From an uncultured archaeon (lineage in GTDB: Archaea > Asgardarchaeota > Lokiarchaeia > Sigyniarchaeales > SOKP01), in the NCBI GenBank assembly GCA_964632315.1, contig CAZWEM010000066.1, forward strand, positions 1 to 17,918: DNA of 17,918 bases, in the 5' to 3' direction. Position numbers and translations under genes: made by a program. Below are positions 1 through 7,779 of this stretch, piece after piece (positions within the stretch are counted from its first letter, which is position 1; every line of letters begins with the position of its first letter). The notes under the pieces are model-generated. The model was given only the letters and a program-made list of their open reading frames with translations. It was not told the DNA's origin and did no database searches.

Positions 1-128
1 CGTTTTGGCAAGGGATAGGACACTCCACATGAATCACACTTAACAAACCGCTTGTAATTACTAGTTTTATACATGATCAAGGAAAATTCACAACAAGGGC
101 AGGTTCCAATCTCGTCTAATTGTTTCAT
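1..128 (-). CDS. Partial (runs off the window) Zn-finger protein resembling topoisomerase I C-terminal C4 Zn-ribbon repeats
   Basis: Not in the ORF track. Manual translation from ATG at 128: MKQLDEIGTCPCCEFSLIMYKTSNYKRFVKCDSCGVSYPLPK.. with CPxC...RFVKCxxC..YPLP, the pattern of zf-C4_Topoisom repeats. Confidence 0.7.
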   Translation of the reverse strand, partial: MKQLDEIGTCPCCEFSLIMYKTSNYKRFVKCDSCGVSYPLPK

Positions 129-272
129 TTTTTTCCCTTTTAACGACCTTTCTTCCTTATTAGAAAGGGTGATTTATAAAAGAAAAATGAACGATTCATT
201 ATGGGCTAAGATATAATTCAAAGCAAATTTTCACTTTTTTCTTTTTAAATATTCCTATTATAAGTACTCATT

Positions 273-497
273 ATGGTTGTGTTCGATTATGTTGATCAAG
301 TAACTAACGGAATAGAATTTCTGATTGCCTTTGGATCAATTGTTGGAGTTTTAGGGTTGATTGTAGGTTTTGTAGCGCTTATCATTAGTGGTAGTAGGAT
401 GCGAAAACACGTTTTAGCACTCATGGTTTTTTGTTTCATCTTGGTGGTAATCTGTGGATTTGATACGGGAATCAACTACTTTCACATCTTTAGGTAG
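273..497 (+). CDS. Small two-TM membrane protein, VirB2/TrbC/CedA1 pilin-like topology
   Basis: 74 aa; amphipathic N-terminus, Gly-rich hydrophobic helix (FLIAFGSIVGVLGLIVGFVALII), basic loop GSRMRK, second hydrophobic helix. Pilin call rests on topology only. Confidence 0.6.
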   Translation: MVVFDYVDQVTNGIEFLIAFGSIVGVLGLIVGFVALIISGSRMRKHVLALMVFCFILVVICGFDTGINYFHIFR

Positions 498-507
498 GTA
501 GATTTAA

Positions 508-693
508 ATGGGAGAAAAGTTGGTTAATATCTCGGTAAATGTACCAAACATGTATTTAAAAGAATTAAACAGGCTCATTGCATTAGGAAAAATAAAAAAC
601 AAGTCTCAATTTGTGAGAGACGCCATAGAGCATTATCTCGAAAAGGATACCAAACTTATTGCAATTTTTGAAAATAGAAAGAGGATTAAATAA
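508..693 (+). CDS. Ribbon-helix-helix (CopG/Arc/MetJ-type) DNA-binding protein
   Basis: VNISVNVP beta-ribbon, helix A LKELNRLI, turn GKIKNKS, helix B QFVRDAIEHYL. Confidence 0.88.
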   Translation: MGEKLVNISVNVPNMYLKELNRLIALGKIKNKSQFVRDAIEHYLEKDTKLIAIFENRKRIK

Positions 694-959
694 TGAAAGT
701 TTGCGTTTTTAACATTGGTAAAAACATGAGAGAGACAATCGACGACATAATAACATCATCAGGTATGTATTGTAGTCGGTCCGAGTTAGTTCGTTGTGCT
801 ATTAGAGAATACCTTCTATGTTTAAGTGGAGATGAAGGGCCTATTACCGATTCTTTAGAAGTTGTCCACATCCCTAATGAGGTCATTGACGAGGAAGGAA
901 AAATGATCACCACCTATCTTGAATATAAAGTAGTGAGAAGATTGGAATCGGCACCATGA
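693..959 (+). CDS. Second RHH protein with an acidic C-terminal extension
   Basis: MKVCVFNI ribbon, RETIDDII, GMYCSRSELVRCAIREYL (SRSE.VR.AI signature). TAATG stop/start overlap with the preceding RHH gene. Confidence 0.82.
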   Translation: MKVCVFNIGKNMRETIDDIITSSGMYCSRSELVRCAIREYLLCLSGDEGPITDSLEVVHIPNEVIDEEGKMITTYLEYKVVRRLESAP

Positions 960-1019
960 TATATAAATATCCTGAAATCCACGATGCATGAAAATTAATT
1001 ATTAAATAATTTGGGATCT

Positions 1020-1040
1020 TAATATAAGATAATATAAGAT
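1020..1040. repeat. Perfect tandem repeat (TAATATAAGA)x2 +T upstream of the 1074 ORF
   Basis: taatataagataatataagat read directly. Confidence 0.75.
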
Positions 1041-1073
1041 TCATCTTTTATTTTAGATTAGAGTTATAGTTTC

Positions 1074-2084
1074 ATGTACTCTGGGCTTGAGGATGCAAAA
1101 GAAAGTCAATATATAAAAATCTTAAGGGAATATTTACCTGATTATAAGAAACTCTTCAATGAGGAGGATTTTAGAGAAGATCTTACTAAATCTTCTTTTC
1201 CAAAAATTAGAGAAGATCTTACTAAGTACATTCAAAAAACAAAAAACGATAAAAATTCTCGCATGGTACCTATTTCAATATCATATAAGACTGAAAAAAT
1301 ACAGCTTTTTGATTTAATAGAAGAAAAAATTCAAGATGTGTACTTAGTAAACGTTCCAATACCTCCTGAGTCAATAAGTATATATTATCATGTCTATACG
1401 TGTTTGATAGAAGAATTTGGAATAGAGATCCTTGAAGAAATCTCAAAAAAAATCCAAACTCAAAACATCAGAGAAGGGAAATGTGTAAAAGCGCTTACTA
1501 ATTACTTACATGATAAAGAAAAAAGAGAGGCAGTAATTCAATGGTTTTTAGGAGAAGAGCTATCGGAAAATGAGAAGAATTTATTGGGTTTCGAAAGCAG
1601 CATTCAAACCGATGATAAATCTCTTGAAATGATAAAATTGATTGGTGAGACCACCAATAAAATTATTATACTTTATTTTGATGATATAGAATTACCTTAT
1701 GAAAAGTACGGAGCATCTGCTCAAAGAAAATTTTTAGAAGCATTAAAGAGATTACATCGTGATGTAAATCAACTGATTATAATCCTAATTTGTCCAAGAA
1801 AAATGTGGTCTACCATATTGGGTCTTGCGGATGGATCCCTAAGCTCAATATTAGAACGTGAATTAGAATTTTATGATTTTTCTTTGGTAAAAGCATTAAT
1901 TGCGGAACTGAACGATGTCTTCTGGTTGAAAAGAGGTTATACTCCTCCTACAAATAAATTTTTTCCTTTCAATGAGAAATCAATTACTTATTTTTTTGAA
2001 GTGTCCAATGGAGATATAAGAAAATTCTTAAAAGTATACGTAAGAATGATAGATAAATCAATATCCGGAGAACTGTCTCAATAA
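1074..2084 (+). CDS. Degenerate AAA+/P-loop NTPase-fold protein (probable pseudo-ATPase)
   Basis: Walker B-like IIILYFDDIE, strand LIIILIC, C-terminal lid FFPFNE...SNGDIRKFLK. The expected Walker A position reads VPISISYKTEKIQL with no glycines. Confidence 0.62.
   Translation: MYSGLEDAKESQYIKILREYLPDYKKLFNEEDFREDLTKSSFPKIREDLTKYIQKTKNDKNSRMVPISISYKTEKIQLFDLIEEKIQDVYLVNVPIPPESISIYYHVYTCLIEEFGIEILEEISKKIQTQNIREGKCVKALTNYLHDKEKREAVIQWFLGEELSENEKNLLGFESSIQTDDKSLEMIKLIGETTNKIIILYFDDIELPYEKYGASAQRKFLEALKRLHRDVNQLIIILICPRKMWSTILGLADGSLSSILERELEFYDFSLVKALIAELNDVFWLKRGYTPPTNKFFPFNEKSITYFFEVSNGDIRKFLKVYVRMIDKSISGELSQ
1171..1225 (+). repeat. 19-bp direct repeat TTAGAGAAGATCTTACTAA at 1171-1189 and 1207-1225 (36-bp period, in frame)
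   Basis: Read directly; encodes REDLTK twice. Confidence 0.85.
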
Positions 2085-2098
2085 GGAAAAAAATTAGA

Positions 2099-2467
2099 TC
2101 AATGAAATCCAGGATTCGATATAGGCTCATAAATGGTCATTCCAAAGATGGTCACGGTCCCACCCGTGAGGAATGCTCCAACATAAAGTAAGAGAATACC
2201 CGTTATCATCCAACCTAAGTGTATTCGCCTAAAAAGTGCTTGTATTGCTGCAATGATTAATAGAATCCAGCCACAATGCTGAAATATGGTTCCTAAATAA
2301 TCACACATCAAACGCATGGAAATGCTGACTTGATAACGAAGAGTGGTACCGTATATGGGCATAACAATAGCCACAACAACAATAATGATGATCAACGCGA
2401 ATATGAAACGACTCTTCCTCTTTTTCATGAAATATATATTTACTTGGTCTGAGCTATAATCTGTCAT
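2099..2467 (-). CDS. Small membrane protein with a signal-peptide-like N-terminus and two further TM helices (prepilin-like architecture)
   Basis: MKKRKSR then FIFALIIIIVVVAIV, followed by WILLIIAAIQALF-RR-LGWMITGILLLYVGAFL. A7 run at 2087-2093 (T7 on the minus strand) downstream. Confidence 0.7.
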   Translation of the reverse strand: MTDYSSDQVNIYFMKKRKSRFIFALIIIIVVVAIVMPIYGTTLRYQVSISMRLMCDYLGTIFQHCGWILLIIAAIQALFRRIHLGWMITGILLLYVGAFLTGGTVTIFGMTIYEPISNPGFH

Positions 2468-2628
2468 GATTTATGGTTTAAAAAATATCTAACTTAGAGC
2501 TTTATAAATAACAAATATACTATAGAAAAAGATTACTTATTTGAAATTACTGAATTATAAGTCTACATAAAATTTTTAGAATTAGTGTTCACATTTGTTC
2601 TTTAAAAAAATTTGATACATCAAAATGC

Positions 2629-3717
2629 ATGGGAATTAAATTAAAGGATTTGGTCCATTCAGAACAGATTAACAGATCAGAATTAGCTGGTGCTGTAATT
2701 GCTATTGATGCTCCAAATATTATTGCCAGTCTCCTTTCTTTTTCTCGTAAACAGACCGATCACTCAAAATTCTTTTTTGATTCTACTCAGCGACCAATAT
2801 CTCATTTATACGGCTTGTTATATCGGATGAATTTTTATTATTCTAAAAGGATTCTTCCCATCTTTTGCTTCGATGGTGTCGATTCCGAATTGAAACGATT
2901 TCATACAACTGATAAATTACATGATTTTCGGTTCTATGAAAAATGGAGAAAGCAAGCATTAGAGAATGGTGACTGGCAAAAAGCTCGAAATATAGGCTTA
3001 AACAAGAATTACTTATGGGCTAATATCATAAAGGAATCCAAACAGTTATTAGGAGCATTAGGGGTTCCTTATCTAACATCTCCAGCCTCTGCGGAATCTC
3101 AATGCGCTCAATTAGTGAAGGATGAAATAGCTAAGTATTCAAACTCCCAGGATTATGATTCATTACTATTTGGATGCCCTAAGATCGTAAGGAACCTATC
3201 CAAATCGCTCAAGCGAAAGATTAGGGGCAGATGGATTTATGAGAAAGTACAACCAGAACTCATCGATTTGAAGAAAACCTTGGAAGGATTACGGATAAAC
3301 CAATTCCAGTTGGTAGATATGGGACTGTTGATTGGTACGGATTATTTTTCGGGGATCAAAAATATTGGACCAAAAACGGCATGGAAAGCAATTAGGGTTC
3401 ATAAAAACATAGAAACCGTGATAGAAAACTTGAAAGAGAAATTTGACTTTTCCGAGTTAGATCCTGAGATAATCAAAGACGTGCGTAAAATCTTCTTGTT
3501 TCCCGAAGTGTTAGAAACTTATCCTGAATTTCATTGGGACCCTCCCGTTGATTCCCTTGTTATAAAATTAATGTGTAAAGATCATAACCTCGATCAACTA
3601 AAAGTAGTTAATAACCTTGAGAAAACTTCCAATAATTATTATAAAACCATCGAATATTGTTCAAGACACTTAAATGAACCAAGAAACATCCAAAAAACTC
3701 TTTTTGAAAAATTATAA
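2629..3717 (+). CDS. fen: Flap endonuclease-1 (XPG/Rad2 family), divergent paralog
   Basis: MGIKL N-terminus, IAIDA, SHLYGLLYR, FCFDG, SQDYDSLLFG, LIGTDY..GIKNIGPKTA (H3TH), C-terminal PIP-like QKTLFEKL. Confidence 0.93.
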   Translation: MGIKLKDLVHSEQINRSELAGAVIAIDAPNIIASLLSFSRKQTDHSKFFFDSTQRPISHLYGLLYRMNFYYSKRILPIFCFDGVDSELKRFHTTDKLHDFRFYEKWRKQALENGDWQKARNIGLNKNYLWANIIKESKQLLGALGVPYLTSPASAESQCAQLVKDEIAKYSNSQDYDSLLFGCPKIVRNLSKSLKRKIRGRWIYEKVQPELIDLKKTLEGLRINQFQLVDMGLLIGTDYFSGIKNIGPKTAWKAIRVHKNIETVIENLKEKFDFSELDPEIIKDVRKIFLFPEVLETYPEFHWDPPVDSLVIKLMCKDHNLDQLKVVNNLEKTSNNYYKTIEYCSRHLNEPRNIQKTLFEKL

Positions 3718-3732
3718 AATGAGAATGAGAGT

Positions 3733-3740
3733 AAAAAAAA
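3733..3740 (-). terminator. Oligo-T tract (T8 on the minus strand) just after the amidase stop
   Basis: A8 run in the 31-bp gap between the convergent FEN1 and amidase genes; archaeal intrinsic terminators are oligo-T. Confidence 0.4.
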
Positions 3741-3748
3741 TTTAAAAT

Positions 3749-5179
3749 TTAATTGAACTGTGGTCTTTTATCTTGCCATGGTGCGATTCCTTCAAATGCT
3801 TTTGATACTTGTAACACCGTTTTTTCATCATACTGGCGTCCTACAATTTGCATACCTATTGGTAATCCGTTTGAAGTCCAACCACAGGGAATGGTGGCTG
3901 CAGGTAACCCAGTCATGTTGAATGGATAAGTATAAGTTATCCAATCTACGGTACTTAAAGCTTTTTTGCCAATCTTCGGAAATACTGTCCCTGTGTCTAA
4001 CCATATAGGTTTAAAGGCAGGAATGGGAGTTGTTGGTGTAATTAGAAGGTCATATAAATTAAAATATTCATACATCGCGTCGTAAAGATCTTTTCTTTGT
4101 GCGGTAGCTTTAGCAATGTTCATCCCGCTATTGTCTAACCCTAACCTTATTGTAGCTTTCAAATCAGGGGCCATATCATCAGGTCGTTCTTCAAAAGCCT
4201 TCTTTAAATCATAAGCATATCCCACACTTACTAGAGTTTTAAATGCTTTTCCAGGATTTCGTAATTTCAAATCAGATTCTTCAACGTTCCAATCAAATTG
4301 CTCAAACTTATGAGCAGCATTTAGAACTGTCTTTTCAATTTCATCCTCAATTGCTTTTCCAAATCCTAAGCTCATTGAATACCCAATTTTCAAATGCGAA
4401 GGTTTATCGTCAAGTATTTTTACATAATCAATGTTGTCATCAGGCAATGAATTTTTATCAGCAGGATGGTGACCTTTCATAACGTTTAACATTAAAGCTG
4501 CATCTCTCACATAACGAGCAATCGGTCCATAGTGATCCATGCTCCAAAATTGAATGGTTTCATGGGGATATCGAGGGATACGTCCAAACGTTGGTTTCAA
4601 GCCATAAACACCACAACAACAACTTGGGATTCTAATTGACCCTCCACCATCTGAGCCTAGAGCGAGAGGTCCCATACCTGAAGCTACAGAGGCTGCGGCA
4701 CCCCCACTTGATCCACCAGAATTGGTTTCTAAATCCCAAGGACTGTGTGTTTCTCCAAAAATCTTGTTATTTGTAAGCGCGATATGCCCAAATTCAGGCG
4801 TGTTCGTTTTTCCTAATATGACACATCCTGCTTCCTTCAATCGTTTTACGACAATCTCATCATCTTCGGGTACAAAATTCTCATGTAATAATGATCCATA
4901 TGTAGTCCTAACACCCTTTACCAACATTAAATCTTTAATGGATGTTGGAATCCCATTTAGCAAACCCAACTTATCTCCATTCTTTACTGCTTGATCCGCT
5001 TTTTTAGCCATCTCACGAGCCATATCAAATGTAGGAGTGCAATATGCATTTACTTTAGGATTGAATTCCTTGATTCTTTCTATCAGCGTCTCAGTTATTT
5101 CTAATGATGTTAACTCTTGAGTTGCAATTTTCTCCCGCATCTCATGAGCGGATAAGAAACAAATATCTTCTTTATTCAT
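3749..5179 (-). CDS. Amidase-signature family amidase (GatA-like fold)
   Basis: Ser-cisSer-Lys triad motifs SIKDL, GKTNTPEF, GGSSGGAAA, GSDGGGSIRIP, C-terminal GLPIGMQIVG. Start placed at ATG 5179 (MNKEDICF) rather than the track's TTG at 5209. Confidence 0.92.
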   Translation of the reverse strand: MNKEDICFLSAHEMREKIATQELTSLEITETLIERIKEFNPKVNAYCTPTFDMAREMAKKADQAVKNGDKLGLLNGIPTSIKDLMLVKGVRTTYGSLLHENFVPEDDEIVVKRLKEAGCVILGKTNTPEFGHIALTNNKIFGETHSPWDLETNSGGSSGGAAASVASGMGPLALGSDGGGSIRIPSCCCGVYGLKPTFGRIPRYPHETIQFWSMDHYGPIARYVRDAALMLNVMKGHHPADKNSLPDDNIDYVKILDDKPSHLKIGYSMSLGFGKAIEDEIEKTVLNAAHKFEQFDWNVEESDLKLRNPGKAFKTLVSVGYAYDLKKAFEERPDDMAPDLKATIRLGLDNSGMNIAKATAQRKDLYDAMYEYFNLYDLLITPTTPIPAFKPIWLDTGTVFPKIGKKALSTVDWITYTYPFNMTGLPAATIPCGWTSNGLPIGMQIVGRQYDEKTVLQVSKAFEGIAPWQDKRPQFN

Positions 5180-5331
5180 TTTTTTCGTTCTCTTTTTATT
5201 TGATTTCAATAAAATAAATTTTGTTTGTATATAATTTAAGAATTATTCATTCTGAAAGGAAATTTTATCGTCTTTTTTATTTATATATGTAGATGCTAAT
5301 TTAGTACAAATAAGTCTAAAAGTGATTTTGT

Positions 5332-6261
5332 ATGAGTTCGTTCAGTGAAGATTTATACCAAACCTTGATTACAGAGGGAATGAGCGAAGAAGAAATTGAA
5401 GTGGCTATTAAACAGAAAAAAAGAGAATTTGGAGGATTCATGACCCTTCAAGGAATGCTGTTTCTTATTGCTAAAGAACGTGGTATCCTAATTCGTAATC
5501 CCGATCTTGATTTAAACGTGTATAAGGCCGCAGAGGAAGAAATCGATTATGATGAATTCACAATTCCAATCAACAAGATCAAAGAAGGCATGACCAATAT
5601 TGTAATTTTGGGAAAGTTAATAAGATCCTTTCGAATTCGTGAATTTAACCGTAATGACGGTTCGATGGGAATGGTGGGTTCGTTCATTATACAGGATGCT
5701 ACAGATGCCATCAAGATTGTAGCTTGGGATGAAAAAGTGAAACCTCTTCAGTCTGATTACTTCAAAGAAGGAACATTCATGCGGGTAATTGGAGGATATA
5801 GTAAACTCGGACGAGAAGGTGCCCTTGAAATTCACGTGGGGAAAAAAGGAAAACTCGTTCTTTCTCCTGAGAATATCAATGCCAAGGTTAAAGATAAATT
5901 GGATTCCATTCAAGTGAAAGATAGCAAAAGAAATATAAAAGATGTAACCACAGTTTCGTTGAAAACACTCATGGATGAGAATAAATTTATTTCACACGTA
6001 GAAGGTGTGGTCCAAGTAGAAGAGTTTAAAGAAGTCACGTTGAAATCAGGAGAAAATTCTTTCTTACTAAAACTAATTTTAACTGATCGCAATGACAATT
6101 CGGCAAGGATCATTATTTGGGGAGAAGATGCGGTTAATTCACTGAAGATCATCGAAGAGGGGATGTCATACCAATTTCACAATTTAATGGTAAAAAATAA
6201 CACCTATTTGGGAGAAAAAGAGTTATCTTTTACTCGAAAATCATCATTATCTCCCACCTAA
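5332..6261 (+). CDS. Replication protein A-like ssDNA-binding protein (N-terminal helical domain plus two OB folds)
   Basis: N-terminal EEEIEVAIKQKKREFGGFMT..GMLFLIAKERG typical of archaeal RPA. OB1: IREFNRNDGS.GMVGSFIIQDATDAIKIVAWD. OB2: LILTDRNDNSARIIIWG...ELSFTRKSSL. Confidence 0.88.
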   Translation: MSSFSEDLYQTLITEGMSEEEIEVAIKQKKREFGGFMTLQGMLFLIAKERGILIRNPDLDLNVYKAAEEEIDYDEFTIPINKIKEGMTNIVILGKLIRSFRIREFNRNDGSMGMVGSFIIQDATDAIKIVAWDEKVKPLQSDYFKEGTFMRVIGGYSKLGREGALEIHVGKKGKLVLSPENINAKVKDKLDSIQVKDSKRNIKDVTTVSLKTLMDENKFISHVEGVVQVEEFKEVTLKSGENSFLLKLILTDRNDNSARIIIWGEDAVNSLKIIEEGMSYQFHNLMVKNNTYLGEKELSFTRKSSLSPT

Positions 6262-6393
6262 ATCATTCTAATTCAGTAATGTGTAGGTTGATTGAATTCA
6301 ATTCTGACTTTAAAATCAACAGTGTATGAAATCATAACATATTTTATTTTTTTCTACTTTATTATCCACAACATAAGAGTAGGGAAGACAAGA

Positions 6394-6894
6394 TTAGGGA
6401 ATAAGATGCTCAATTTTTTCTTTTTCATTTTTTTCATTCTTTCGGTCACTTGTAATGCCGTATCCAAGGCAAATTAGAAAAAGACTAATAACTGGCAAGG
6501 GCAAATACCACATACCTAAATTAATAACATGGAAACTGTATAAACCTTGTAAAGCATAAGATAATGCCAAAAGGGCTAGACCTGTATATACAACTAAGTT
6601 ACTAATGAGTTTTAACCTCTTAATGGATTTTATCGACAAGATGTTTTTCTGTTTTAAGTTCTTAATTATACCATAAAGAATAAGTCCAAAACCGCTTGCA
6701 ACAGGAATTGAAAAAAATACTAAATAGCCGTACGCTAATCCCGCTCCATGTAAATATATAAAATCAATATAAAATACCCATAGTGGAAAGCATAAGAGTT
6801 CTACTATTATACCTGCAATAATTTGTTCGCAGCCCGAATTGGTTTTTTCAATACTGTCTTTTTGAATTGCGTTTTTCACCCAAACTTTTATCAT
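6394..6894 (-). CDS. Hypothetical four-TM membrane protein
   Basis: Four hydrophobic segments separated by a basic loop (KNLKQKNILSIKSIKRLK); charged C-tail. Confidence 0.72.
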   Translation of the reverse strand: MIKVWVKNAIQKDSIEKTNSGCEQIIAGIIVELLCFPLWVFYIDFIYLHGAGLAYGYLVFFSIPVASGFGLILYGIIKNLKQKNILSIKSIKRLKLISNLVVYTGLALLALSYALQGLYSFHVINLGMWYLPLPVISLFLICLGYGITSDRKNEKNEKEKIEHLIP

Positions 6895-7055
6895 AAATTA
6901 ATAGAATGCTTCTATTAACTGATATGATTGAAAAGCAATCTTTCGTATTTAAATATTAATAGTAGGACCATACTTTTTTTGAAATTTTTCTTTAAATATG
7001 AACAATTCCCATCTGCTTTCAAACAGATAATATATAAAAAAGGAAAATCAGAACA

Positions 7056-7598
7056 ATGACAGATAATTTTGTACCAAAGGATCTCTATGAAAACGAGGTC
7101 ACTAAGGTATTGGACAAGATGAGATATGATTATGGGATGTTAACCCGTAAAGGGTTCATATATGGGATGATTGCAATCGATCAGGATGCAAAGATCATTG
7201 CCATCGACTCGAGATTTGACAGAAAGCTAAATTACTGGGATTTAAGTTCGGTAGGTGCCGCCATGTACGGAGTGGCTCGACAAGCGCAAGATTTTTTTGA
7301 AGCTGACGAATTAATCCGTGGTTCGATCATCTTCAAGGACTTGCAACTTTACGTGCGCTCGGTTGGAAATATAAATTTACCTGAAAAGGGACAAAGGGAG
7401 ATCCTTATCATCCTTCTTGTTGATAGCGAGGTAAATATTGGTGTAATTATATTACAGATGAAAAAATATGCCGATTTTATTCGAAAGGCTATAGAGAACA
7501 GCAAAAAAACCGTTACTCGCCTACAAATGACCGAAATGGAATTAAAAAAACATTTACTCAACCTTAAACGGAAAATATTCGAATCAAGTTCTTCATGA
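7056..7598 (+). CDS. Roadblock/LAMTOR (MglB-like) domain protein with N- and C-terminal helical extensions
   Basis: Roadblock pattern MIAIDQDAKIIA...LSSVGAAMYGVARQA...LQLYVRSVG...ILIILLVDSEVNIGVIILQMKK (NxG motif); lies directly upstream of an MglA-type GTPase. Confidence 0.82.
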   Translation: MTDNFVPKDLYENEVTKVLDKMRYDYGMLTRKGFIYGMIAIDQDAKIIAIDSRFDRKLNYWDLSSVGAAMYGVARQAQDFFEADELIRGSIIFKDLQLYVRSVGNINLPEKGQREILIILLVDSEVNIGVIILQMKKYADFIRKAIENSKKTVTRLQMTEMELKKHLLNLKRKIFESSSS

Positions 7599-7611
7599 GG
7601 TGATACCAGAA

Positions 7612-7779
7612 ATGATAATGAATATGGATAATAATGTAAAAATCCTCCAACCTTCAGTTTGTAGCAGTCCAAAAGTCCATCAAAAGTTTTGCTATTTAAA
7701 CTATTTTTATGTACTTCTGATATTTAATAGTGTAAAGAATTGGAACTTCTTAAAGGTGAATCATCGAAATGACGATTAA
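7612..7779 (+). CDS. Candidate unannotated 55-aa small ORF between the roadblock and GTPase genes
   Basis: GAGGTGA at 7597-7603, ATG 8 nt later. MIMNMDNNVKILQPSVCSSPKVHQKFCYLNYFYVLLIFNSVKNWNFLKVNHRNDD fills the whole gap and overlaps the GTPase start. Confidence 0.35.
   Translation: MIMNMDNNVKILQPSVCSSPKVHQKFCYLNYFYVLLIFNSVKNWNFLKVNHRNDD
7754..7759 (+). promoter_or_regulatory. Shine-Dalgarno-like AGGTGA for the MglA-type GTPase
   Basis: AGGTGA 9 nt upstream of ATG 7769. Confidence 0.6.

Noticed and set aside
508-959. Type II toxin-antitoxin pair
   Set aside because: Both proteins are RHH-type; no toxin motif is present.
1171-1225. Mini-CRISPR array
   Set aside because: Only two 19-bp units with a 17-bp spacer, inside a coding frame, and no cas genes.
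3749-5209. gatA (Glu-tRNA amidotransferase subunit A)
   Set aside because: Has the generic amidase SDGGGSIR rather than SDTGGSIR, and no gatB/gatC neighbours.
6292-6477. 61-aa hydrophobic ORF
   Set aside because: TTG start, overlaps the 3' end of the convergent membrane gene, and its hydrophobicity derives from T-rich terminator-like tracts.
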